IMG/VR virus record: IMGVR_UViG_3300017589_000288
Location: 1-30,094 of that record
DNA length: 30,094 nucleotides
Reading direction: 5' to 3' (one strand)
Source: a virus
Lineage: Duplodnaviria; Caudoviricetes
Shown: positions 17,841 to 25,655 of the stretch, one piece after another
Numbering within the stretch: position 1 is the stretch's first letter
How the letters are laid out: every line of letters begins with the position of its first letter
The notes under the pieces: generated by a model
Seen by the model: the letters and a program-made list of their open reading frames with translations, nothing else
What the model was told of the DNA's origin: nothing
The model's database searches: none
Position numbers and translations under genes: made by a program

Positions 17841-17997
17841 ATTGTTCAGCCTGACATCTGAATGATACGATATAAACTGCGAACCAATGTCAAAAAGAAA
17901 ATCATTTAACTTAATAGGGAAAACCCCTATGTATCTTGCCCGAAAGGGCAGAAGCTGTCGCAGGCTTTTATCGGGATGCATGGGGGTTTTCCCATTA
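17841..17997 (+). ncRNA. structured leader RNA of the antirepressor operon (c4/CI-like architecture, family unassigned)
   Basis: 21-bp stem 17917-17937/17973-17993 whose four non-Watson-Crick pairs are all U-G; GCCC-gaaa-GGGC tetraloop; 5' hairpin 17841-17866. Confidence 0.6.
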
Positions 17998-18004
17998 GGA
18001 GAAA

Positions 18005-18439
18005 ATGAAAATGTTACCATCTGTAACCAATGAGCAAGTTGTAAGCTCAACAAACCTCAATGATGTACTTTGTTACATTAAATCAGCAGGACAACTTCAA
18101 TTGCGAGTCATTCAAATCGCATTAGAAAATTCAGACAAATTTATTCCACGTAAGAAGAAGGTTTCATTCTGGGAAGTATTATTGATTGAATTTTCATACT
18201 CGAGTAGCTTATTTTTCAAATGTCTTTTCAATAAGCTGTTCTATGTTCGATCATTCAGGATTACTTCCCTTTCTGGTGAAAACAAGAAAAAGTGTCTGGA
18301 TTACTGCAATAAATATGACTATAGTGTCATGGATGTACGATTTAAACGGAGAAGTTTAGATCATTTCAGAATGTGGTATTTAGGTGATGATCGCACATAC
18401 ATGGGGTATTGTATTTCATCAAATACAATAGAAGGATAG
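18005..18439 (+). CDS. hypothetical protein in the antirepressor operon
   Basis: ORF track; begins just after the leader stem. Confidence 0.65.
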   Translation: MKMLPSVTNEQVVSSTNLNDVLCYIKSAGQLQLRVIQIALENSDKFIPRKKKVSFWEVLLIEFSYSSSLFFKCLFNKLFYVRSFRITSLSGENKKKCLDYCNKYDYSVMDVRFKRRSLDHFRMWYLGDDRTYMGYCISSNTIEG

Positions 18440-18451
18440 GAGAAAAGATAC

Positions 18452-19003
18452 ATGGAGAATTCAACTGCGATTGCAAAAGTGAATGACGTGGAGATCCTGA
18501 TTATCCAGTCAGAAAAATTAGTTCCAATAAAACCGATTTGTGAGGCAATGGGAATTGATTATCCTAACCAATATACCAGGTTAAAAAATGACCTAATTTT
18601 GAGCTCAGTTATTGTGTTAAGCACAACAACTGGAGCCGATGGTAAGTCCTACGAAATGGTTTGTCTTCCCTTCAAATACACCTTCTGGTGGATAGCAAAA
18701 ATTGATGCCAGGAATGTAAATGAAGAGTCAAGGGAAAGGGTACTTGAAGCGCAAAACAAGGTTTATGATCTACTCTGGGACTCCCTGAATGCATACCAGG
18801 AGTATGTTGAGTACCGTAACCGGTTGATCGAGGAACAGAACGCCATCAGGGATGCTGCAAGAAGTGATTTCAACACGGCCAAAGATAAAATGATGGAAGC
18901 TGACAGAGAAATGAAACGCCGTCTTGCAGTTACCTTTCAGGACTTTCTTGAGAGTAAGGGACAGTTAAGGTTGGACTTTGAAAATAATGGCCATGAAGAA
19001 TAA
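18452..19003 (+). CDS. phage antirepressor, P22_AR_N-type N-terminal domain
   Basis: VPIKPICEAMGIDY..Q..RLK.D and GADGKSYEMVCLP are characteristic of P22_AR_N. Confidence 0.85.
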   Translation: MENSTAIAKVNDVEILIIQSEKLVPIKPICEAMGIDYPNQYTRLKNDLILSSVIVLSTTTGADGKSYEMVCLPFKYTFWWIAKIDARNVNEESRERVLEAQNKVYDLLWDSLNAYQEYVEYRNRLIEEQNAIRDAARSDFNTAKDKMMEADREMKRRLAVTFQDFLESKGQLRLDFENNGHEE

Positions 19004-19253
19004 CGAACCTAAAGTGCAGCACAAAATCGGAGATGCTGTAATTACTGAAGAAGGTGCAGCGCAATTAGCAAGCTGGCAAGAGTTTGATAATGACACCTTG
19101 GATGGCGCTGTCTGTGACCTGTTAAAAGTGGTAAGTTTCATGGCTTGTACTGCTAGTGCTTATGACTTTAATGAGAAGGATAAGACAGAATCAATGAAGC
19201 ACATCATAATACTTTCAGAGATGTCTAAGAACATTGAAGTATTCAAAAAATGA
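18987..19253 (+). CDS. hypothetical protein downstream of the antirepressor
   Basis: ORF track (ATG 18987 or 18993); overlaps the antirepressor stop. Confidence 0.7.
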   Translation: MAMKNNEPKVQHKIGDAVITEEGAAQLASWQEFDNDTLDGAVCDLLKVVSFMACTASAYDFNEKDKTESMKHIIILSEMSKNIEVFKK

Positions 19254-19265
19254 CTAATTTTGCCA

Positions 19266-19350
19266 TGTTAGATGGTTGATCCCCCATTGTATTCATGCCA
19301 TTTCATAGATTGATTGTTAGAGAAGCCCTGTTGACTACAGGGCTTTTTTT
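19266..19350 (+). ncRNA. candidate ~85-nt small RNA
   Basis: ATTG-N18-TAATTTTG (19233-19262) upstream, terminator at its 3' end, no substantial + strand ORF. Confidence 0.4.
19323..19350 (+). terminator. intrinsic terminator
   Basis: AAGCCCTGT-5nt-ACAGGGCTT running into T7. Confidence 0.85.
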
Positions 19351-19390
19351 ATTGACACTGCAATGATGCCAAATCAAAGAGGAAATAAGG

Positions 19391-19465
19391 TAAAAAGCGA
19401 TAATAAAGCGACATAAAAGCAATAAAAAAGCAACAGTTATAATGCATAATGCATAAAATATGCAT
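19391..19465. repeat. four 11-nt tandem AAAGCRAY units plus three ATGCAT hexamers
   Basis: GC dinucleotides at 19397, 19408, 19419, 19430; ATGCAT at 19442, 19449, 19460. Confidence 0.6.
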
Positions 19466-19593
19466 GATAACCATCTGTAATTCAAGTAAATGTAAAAAGT
19501 TATAGTGAGGGTATAATTTTTAAAGATTTACTATACATTTGTATAACATTTACAACCTGATAATAAACAATTAAGGGACCTTAAACCAATTGT

Positions 19594-20784
19594 ATGGGAA
19601 TTTATACTGATTACATGTCCAGCGCAATATTTAACCCTGAAACATTAGCTGAAGAGCGAAAAAAATGTTTGAGAACGATTTCTGACATTAGAGGTAGAGA
19701 TGTAATAGTATATGCTGCTGACTGGTATAACAATAAAGGCAAAGAAATTCCAGTTGCAATCTTACCGCAAGATCTGTTAGCATTTCAAGATCAATTGAGT
19801 TATTTAAAAAGTGAAGATATCGACTTAATTCTTGAAACACCTGGAGGAATAGCAGAGACTGCAGAAGATATTGTAAACCTAATTAGAACTAAGCATAAGC
19901 AATTAGGTGTGATAATACCAGGAACTGCAAAAAGCGCAGGTACAATTTTGAGTATGGCTGCTGATGAGATCTTAATGAGTAATACATCATCATTAGGACC
20001 AATAGATGCACAAATAATGATTAATGGAGGTAAGAGAATATCAGCAGATGCATTTATAGACGGTTTTGAGAAGATAAAAGAAGAAGTCGTTAGAACTGGA
20101 AAGCTTAATCCAGCCTATATTCCTATGCTTCAGAACATGTCTCCAGGTGAGCTTCAAGCATGTGAAAATGCACAGAATTTTTCAAGAGAGCTAGTTAAGA
20201 AATGGTTGTCAAACTATAAATTTAAAGATTGGAATATTCATAAGTCAACAGGGAAGGATGTAACACACCATGATAGAGTTGAGAGAGCTGATAAGATAGC
20301 TAAGAAGTTATGTAAACATTCAGATTGGTTAACTCATAGTCGATCTATTAGGATTAATGAATTAAGAGCCATGCAACTCGAAATCACTGATTATACTGAA
20401 GTACCCGACTTAAATGATGCCATTGATAGATATTATACTCTCTTGCGTTTAACATTTGACAATACACCTATATTTAAAATATTTGAAACTGCTTATTCGC
20501 AAATTCACCAAGCAGTAGTTTCTCCAATTGTTCAACAGCAAATGCCCATTGAACATCAGATGCCCACATCCAATAATCAATTTGTATTAGCTCAATTTAT
20601 ATGTCCAAAATGCAATAAGCCTACACAATTACAGTTAAATTTTGTAAAAGGACTTCCTTTAAGTACAGGAGCTATAGCTTATCCTAAAGATGATATATTC
20701 TCATGCAATTGTGGCATTCGAACAAACATATCTCAATTGCGTTTAATGGTTGAAACTAAAACAAAAAGAAAAGTAGAACTATAA
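19594..20784 (+). CDS. SDH-family ClpP-fold serine protease with C-terminal Zn-ribbon
   Basis: LETPGG, AKSAGT (Ser), SLGPIDAQ (Asp), THSRSI (His) in S-D-H order; C-terminal CPKC...CNCG; TACATTTG at 19534-19541 upstream. Confidence 0.85.
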   Translation: MGIYTDYMSSAIFNPETLAEERKKCLRTISDIRGRDVIVYAADWYNNKGKEIPVAILPQDLLAFQDQLSYLKSEDIDLILETPGGIAETAEDIVNLIRTKHKQLGVIIPGTAKSAGTILSMAADEILMSNTSSLGPIDAQIMINGGKRISADAFIDGFEKIKEEVVRTGKLNPAYIPMLQNMSPGELQACENAQNFSRELVKKWLSNYKFKDWNIHKSTGKDVTHHDRVERADKIAKKLCKHSDWLTHSRSIRINELRAMQLEITDYTEVPDLNDAIDRYYTLLRLTFDNTPIFKIFETAYSQIHQAVVSPIVQQQMPIEHQMPTSNNQFVLAQFICPKCNKPTQLQLNFVKGLPLSTGAIAYPKDDIFSCNCGIRTNISQLRLMVETKTKRKVEL

Positions 20785-20819
20785 AGTAATATAATCAACA
20801 ATACCTAAACCAAAGAATT

Positions 20820-21008
20820 ATGGAATCAAAGCAACTTGTTTCAAATGGAAGATTTTCACTCATCTTTGATGAGCTTGAAAAATATTCCCAATTGGATCCA
20901 GAAATGTCGACTACAGTTCAAGAATCTGGGCTAATACAGGAATTTTCAGATATATGCCATGAAATGGCAAGAATAGAAAATCCTGTTTGTTTCACCACTT
21001 TTGCCTAA
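20820..21008 (+). CDS. 62-aa acidic micro-protein co-transcribed with the SDH protease
   Basis: A-rich start 35 nt after the protease stop; lies before the shared terminator. Confidence 0.7.
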   Translation: MESKQLVSNGRFSLIFDELEKYSQLDPEMSTTVQESGLIQEFSDICHEMARIENPVCFTTFA

Positions 21009-21038
21009 AGAAACGAGTTTTGATCGCTTAGGAATCTC

Positions 21039-21064
21039 ACAGCCCCAATTCAGGGGCTGTTTTT
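21039..21064 (+). terminator. intrinsic terminator closing the protease cassette
   Basis: ACAGCCCC-aattca-GGGGCTGT followed by TTTT. Confidence 0.85.
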
Positions 21065-21066
21065 AT

Positions 21067-21101
21067 GTCCTTTTACTAACAATTTAGCCGCAATATATTT
21101 G
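21067..21101 (+). promoter_or_regulatory. candidate late promoter GTCCTTT-N20-TATATTTG
   Basis: Motif copy 2; perfect Bacteroidota -7 element. Confidence 0.75.
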
Positions 21102-21125
21102 GGTATCATTAAACCCAAATCAACA

Positions 21126-21467
21126 ATGAAAAGAATCTTTTTCCTTTTTGCGTTGCTGCTGGGGATTGGCATTTCAAGTGCTATGACAAGTGGAATGCAA
21201 CCTCCCGGACAGGATTATGTCTTTTCAGCCACCTACATTATCAGTGCTCCGAATGTTGTCTATCTTGATGTTGAAACCGGTTCCTCCGGTGGCATGGCAG
21301 ACTGGTGTATTAACTGCAGGGAAGTTAAATTGCAGCCATTAAATTGGTATACAACATTAGGTCAACACCGAACGTCGAATAAGAATCTACTGGGGTACAC
21401 TCAAAACAAACGCTGCAACATACCGGTATTTGCGATAAACTGTAATTATAAGTTTCCACTAATCTAA
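21126..21467 (+). CDS. small exported protein with signal peptide (113 aa)
   Basis: MKRIFFLFALLLGIGISSA signal peptide; start moved to ATG 21126; flanked by the promoter motif and a terminator. Confidence 0.65.
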   Translation: MKRIFFLFALLLGIGISSAMTSGMQPPGQDYVFSATYIISAPNVVYLDVETGSSGGMADWCINCREVKLQPLNWYTTLGQHRTSNKNLLGYTQNKRCNIPVFAINCNYKFPLI

Positions 21468-21484
21468 ATACTGTTTTGCATCTC

Positions 21485-21514
21485 AAAGGCTTGCCATTCC
21501 GGCAGGCCTTTTTT
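21485..21514 (+). terminator. intrinsic terminator
   Basis: AGGCTTGCC-attcc-GGCAGGCCT followed by a T run. Confidence 0.8.
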
Positions 21515-21519
21515 GCGTT

Positions 21520-21586
21520 AGGGATTGAAGGCGGCATCCTTTGCAAAAGATAAAGCCGTAAAGCCCGACCCTTTGGGTAACGCCCT
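21520..21586 (+). ncRNA. Flavo-1-like structured RNA/repeat element
   Basis: GGGATTGAAG-GCGGCATCCTTT...AAAAGATA-AAGCCG-TAAAGCCCGACC...GGGTAACGCCC resembles the Bacteroidota Flavo-1 motif as recalled; not searched. Confidence 0.6.
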
Positions 21587-21592
21587 GACAAT

Positions 21593-21627
21593 GTCCTTTA
21601 GGATGGAATTATCGCTGAGTATACTTG
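21593..21627 (+). promoter_or_regulatory. candidate late promoter GTCCTTT-N20-TATACTTG
   Basis: Motif copy 3, upstream of the portal operon. Confidence 0.75.
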
Positions 21628-21647
21628 TAATAAATTAACTCAAAAGT

Positions 21648-21869
21648 ATGATTCTTCTTTCCAACCTACACAAAGTGATAGAGAAAGGATTCTTTGCAAT
21701 AGCCTTCGTAAAAGAAAACGGAGAAATAGTAAAAGTCCAAAAGGCCCTTCTCACTTCCTGGCATTCAAAAGGCCGTACAATCCGGATTAAAATATTTCCA
21801 TCTCTAGAGGTAAGGTCAATCAGGAGATGCACAGTAATAGCCTTTAATGATCAGGAGGTATGTCTATGA
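21648..21869 (+). CDS. small basic protein preceding portal
   Basis: ORF track; overlaps the portal start. Confidence 0.75.
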   Translation: MILLSNLHKVIEKGFFAIAFVKENGEIVKVQKALLTSWHSKGRTIRIKIFPSLEVRSIRRCTVIAFNDQEVCL

Positions 21870-23230
21870 TTAATAAATCATTTGTTATTGATGGTTTTGA
21901 ATACCTACCTGAAGCGAAAGCTATTATCGCTCAGGGTATCTCTCAGGATATGTTTGAAGAGCCAACCAACCCTATTAATTTAGGAGACTATCGCATTGCT
22001 CCCTGGGGAGAATCAAACAATCTGCCAGCTGAAGTCTTTGACATGATAGAAAAAAGTGAAGTTGTCGGGACAAACAACCAGTTTAACATACTCATGGCTT
22101 ATGGGCAGGGTATTAAGCCCATGATCCGCACAATTGAGGGCGATAAGACAAAGTACGTTGACTGCGGGGATGAAAGAGTGTTAGAGTTCTTCGAGAATAA
22201 TGATATTTCGGGCTACTATCTGGAACAATGTAGCGACATGGCAACATTTAACAATGTCTTTCCTGAGATCATATTAACAAAGGATCTGCAAGAAGTTTAC
22301 AGTTTAAGGCATAAAGAAGCAATCTATAGCAGATATGGAGTAGCGGATAAATACGGTAATATCTTCAGGCACTTTTATTCCGCTAAATGGAAAGATGGAG
22401 CTAATGAGGATAACATGGTTGTTACGGATGTGCTTAATAAGTTCAATCCTTACAACGATTTGGTCACAAGGATAAAGGAAAGGAAAGTAAAGGTGCCAAG
22501 GTTTATTGTGCCCGTTAATTTTCCAACACCTGGTAAAGTGTACTATTCAAGGCCTCCTTTCTGGTCCATATTCCGCTCGGGCTCCTACGATTTTTCAACA
22601 ATGATATGGGAGTTCAAAAAAACACTTCTCAAAAATGGCTTGAAGGTTAAATACATTATTTATGTTTCGGATAAGTACTGGAGTAAAATTTTTTCTGAAG
22701 AAAAGATAGACATTAATAGCCCTGAGGCAGTTCAGGCACGAATTGAAAAAGAGCTGCAGACATTCAAGGACTTCATGTCGAATGAAAAGAGTTCCGGTAA
22801 AGGATTATTAGTTTTCAAACAAATGGTTGCTGCAGGATCCAGTGCCATTGAAGAAAAATACCTGACGATAGATGTGTTGAAAACGGACCTGAAGGGAGGG
22901 GAATTTCTTGAAGATTCATCAGAGGTCAGTAATATGATATCATACGCCATGTCGGTTCATCCTAACCTTATTGGAAGTGCACCAGGGAAGTCCGGAGGTG
23001 CTATGTCCGGTACAGATAAAAGAGAGCTGTTTATGATTAAATCTGCCTTAATGAAGCCATACCGGGACAGACTGTTAAAACCTCTTTACCTGGTTAAAAG
23101 ATTCAATAACTGGCCAAAAGACCTTGAGTTTGTTGTACCTGATTTTGAGTTCACAACCCTTGACAAGAATAAGAGTGGCAAACAGGAAGTAATACAAGAT
23201 TCAAAACCTTCAGACAATGATAATAAATGA
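21860..23230 (+). CDS. portal protein
   Basis: 456 aa; PWGESNNLP, YYSRP, VHPNLIG and GTDKRE motifs typical of Bacteroidota phage portals; position before neck/tail genes. Confidence 0.8.
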   Translation: MSMINKSFVIDGFEYLPEAKAIIAQGISQDMFEEPTNPINLGDYRIAPWGESNNLPAEVFDMIEKSEVVGTNNQFNILMAYGQGIKPMIRTIEGDKTKYVDCGDERVLEFFENNDISGYYLEQCSDMATFNNVFPEIILTKDLQEVYSLRHKEAIYSRYGVADKYGNIFRHFYSAKWKDGANEDNMVVTDVLNKFNPYNDLVTRIKERKVKVPRFIVPVNFPTPGKVYYSRPPFWSIFRSGSYDFSTMIWEFKKTLLKNGLKVKYIIYVSDKYWSKIFSEEKIDINSPEAVQARIEKELQTFKDFMSNEKSSGKGLLVFKQMVAAGSSAIEEKYLTIDVLKTDLKGGEFLEDSSEVSNMISYAMSVHPNLIGSAPGKSGGAMSGTDKRELFMIKSALMKPYRDRLLKPLYLVKRFNNWPKDLEFVVPDFEFTTLDKNKSGKQEVIQDSKPSDNDNK

Positions 23231-24056
23231 TGTTCTTACCCTCAGAAAATACATCCCGACCATAATAGTCGGTGATGATCAGGAAAATGCCTTTAATCGT
23301 TACGAAACGTATCTGAAGAAAGCGGAGCAATTTCTGAAGAGGGAAATAATCGGCAGCTTCTTATTTGACATTTTAGATGAACCAAACAATGACCTTGTTG
23401 ACCATTGTGCAGCTGTTGTTGCACATAAAGGATATCTGGAGGCAATTCCATTCCTTGATCTGGTTGAAACTCCTAATGGATTCAGCGTTACAAGTAATGC
23501 TAACCTAACACCGGCCAGTACAGCCAGGGTACAGGCTTTAATTAAAGCCACGGAGATACGTCTGGGGGAATGTATTGAAGATCTTCTGGAATTCCTGGAA
23601 GAAACTCCGGATTATCACGACGAATGGAAGCCTTCAAAAACCTATTCTCTTTTAAGTGATTCCTACATCATGAATTTGAGAGAATTTAGGAATTATGCTC
23701 CATTTGAAGGTGGTAGAATGGAATTTGTAAAGCGACGTCCGGATATTCTGAAAGCAAGGATGCTTAAGATTGAACCAATCATTAGTAAAGAACTTTCAAA
23801 GGAGATAATTGAGCAGTTGCGTGATGGTGATCTGAATGAGGCAAACAAGGAAATAATAGAAGATCTTCGTTTTGCCCTAGCTAATTATACTATCAATGCT
23901 GATATTATTGCTGATAGCTTTGTTTCACGGGTTAGGGCTTACTTGTTTGCAAATGTGGATTCTTTCCCATCTTTTAAGGCTAGCTCAATCTATCAGCACT
24001 ATATCAATAGAAAAGCTTCAGAACAAGATTCGCCATTTTTAAGATGTGGGATATGA
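23217..24056 (+). CDS. probable head-tail adaptor (DUF6712-like)
   Basis: Follows portal; AIPFLDLVETPNGFSV motif. Family name from recall. Confidence 0.55.
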   Translation: MIINDVLTLRKYIPTIIVGDDQENAFNRYETYLKKAEQFLKREIIGSFLFDILDEPNNDLVDHCAAVVAHKGYLEAIPFLDLVETPNGFSVTSNANLTPASTARVQALIKATEIRLGECIEDLLEFLEETPDYHDEWKPSKTYSLLSDSYIMNLREFRNYAPFEGGRMEFVKRRPDILKARMLKIEPIISKELSKEIIEQLRDGDLNEANKEIIEDLRFALANYTINADIIADSFVSRVRAYLFANVDSFPSFKASSIYQHYINRKASEQDSPFLRCGI

Positions 24057-24799
24057 TCAATTTAACAGTACCCGTAAAATGGAGCGAACTGAGCATAAAG
24101 CAAGTTGAGTACTTTTCTAAAATGCTCCTGAAGAGAATGACAGAGATCGAATTAATGACACTGTGTTTTTTAAAATTTTCAGGCCTCAAGCTTATTAAAA
24201 AAGCAATCAAGGATGAAGCCGGCTACCTGTACATTTTCAAGAAAAAGGGGTATCCAAGGTTTACCATGGATGCTGATCAGGCTACTTCGTGCATTTCAAA
24301 AATGGAATTTTTGGTTAAGGAAGTTTTATTGTTTCAGTTACCGGCCAAGATTAAGAAGTACAATTCTTATGATTATCGCATGTTTGATGTCTGTCTGGAA
24401 CAATACCTTTTGCTTGAATCATTTTACCAGGCTTTCTTATCAACGGATGATGAAACCTACCTGAATAAGATGATAGCAATCATGTACCATCTGAAGGAAG
24501 AAAAATGGGATGTCGATCTATTACCCACTTGGGAGAAAAGGTTTAAAAGGATACCGGTATTCAGGAAGTATGTCATTTTCCTTTGGTATTCCGGAGTAAA
24601 AAAATGGATTATAGAGAAGTACTACTATGTCTTTTCAAGTGGGGATGATTCAAAGTCAAATCCTGATGAAATAATACTGAACCTCATTTCGGCGCTCAAC
24701 GATGGTGATATCACTCACAATAAGGAAATACTTGCAACTAATGTGCATGAAGCATTATTTGAATTAAACCGCAAAATAGAACAATCAAGAAATGTTTAA
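24044..24799 (+). CDS. hypothetical morphogenesis protein (possible tail assembly chaperone)
   Basis: VPVKWSELSIKQ N-terminus; position in the tail operon. Confidence 0.6.
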   Translation: MWDMINLTVPVKWSELSIKQVEYFSKMLLKRMTEIELMTLCFLKFSGLKLIKKAIKDEAGYLYIFKKKGYPRFTMDADQATSCISKMEFLVKEVLLFQLPAKIKKYNSYDYRMFDVCLEQYLLLESFYQAFLSTDDETYLNKMIAIMYHLKEEKWDVDLLPTWEKRFKRIPVFRKYVIFLWYSGVKKWIIEKYYYVFSSGDDSKSNPDEIILNLISALNDGDITHNKEILATNVHEALFELNRKIEQSRNV

Positions 24800-25229
24800 T
24801 CTGGCTGATTATCTCGAAATGATTCTTCCGGAAATTTCGGAAGTAAAAACGATTTATAAAGTATCTGACATCAGTAAGTTGGAAGAAATGCTAGGAGATA
24901 TCAGGAATACTCCTGATTGCTTTGTAATTGTGCGTGAGACCGGGGATGGATATCTGAATCTGAAAGACCGGTTACTGGATTCAGGATATCACAATTTCTT
25001 CGTTTTTATCATGCCAAAGAATAAAACCAGTGAAGCCAGGCATGAGGCTAAGCAAGAAGCAATGTCGAGAGGGGTGAAGATCCTTAAAAGGATGAAAGCA
25101 GATTCGTCTGATTTCGGAGACCCGGCATATGGTACAGATTTTTCCAAAATTGATTATATGGGATGGGGACCAATCGGCCAAGGTTACCATGGCTATTCTT
25201 TTTTCTTATTGACTGAGCAGGCAATATAA
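24792..25229 (+). CDS. probable tail terminator/completion protein
   Basis: Size (145 aa) and position only. Confidence 0.5.
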   Translation: MFNLADYLEMILPEISEVKTIYKVSDISKLEEMLGDIRNTPDCFVIVRETGDGYLNLKDRLLDSGYHNFFVFIMPKNKTSEARHEAKQEAMSRGVKILKRMKADSSDFGDPAYGTDFSKIDYMGWGPIGQGYHGYSFFLLTEQAI

Positions 25230-25655
25230 ATGGAAAATGTAAACATCAAGTTAACCCTTGAAGCATGGGCGGAAATTGTAATTAAAGAATGGATTAAGAT
25301 GATTCGAGCCCTTAAAATTCATCATACCGGTGCACTTGAAGCCAGTTTCTATAAATACGTCCATGATAATTCGGGAGGTGACCCGGACAAAATAACCTTT
25401 ATGTACGAATGGTATGGCAAAATGGTTGATTATGGCGTGGGTAAAGGTGTAACGCTCTTAAATAGGGATACGTTTATAGCAGCCGGTAAAACAAATCGTC
25501 GACCTAAGCCATTTTATACTGACACTTTTTATAAGCAATTGGCAGTCTTAAGGCATTTAATGGAAGAAAAACATGCACTGAGGGCTGAATTATTTATCCA
25601 ACAGAATTTAAACGACAATGCCGATTTAGCCGGCTTTGAAAAAATACAATTATAA
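25230..25655 (+). CDS. neck/tail completion protein (HK97 gp10-like)
   Basis: TGALEASF, YGKMVDYGVG and RRPKPFY motifs. Confidence 0.65.
   Translation: MENVNIKLTLEAWAEIVIKEWIKMIRALKIHHTGALEASFYKYVHDNSGGDPDKITFMYEWYGKMVDYGVGKGVTLLNRDTFIAAGKTNRRPKPFYTDTFYKQLAVLRHLMEEKHALRAELFIQQNLNDNADLAGFEKIQL

Noticed and set aside
17823-18053. 76-aa minus-strand ORF
   Set aside because: Antisense to a clear promoter and structured leader.
21325-21591. 88-aa minus-strand ORF
   Set aside because: Spans a terminator and the Flavo-1-like element.
24213-24464. Alternate-frame ORF as a tail chaperone frameshift product
   Set aside because: It ends inside the host gene and I found no convincing slippery site giving a G/GT-type extension.
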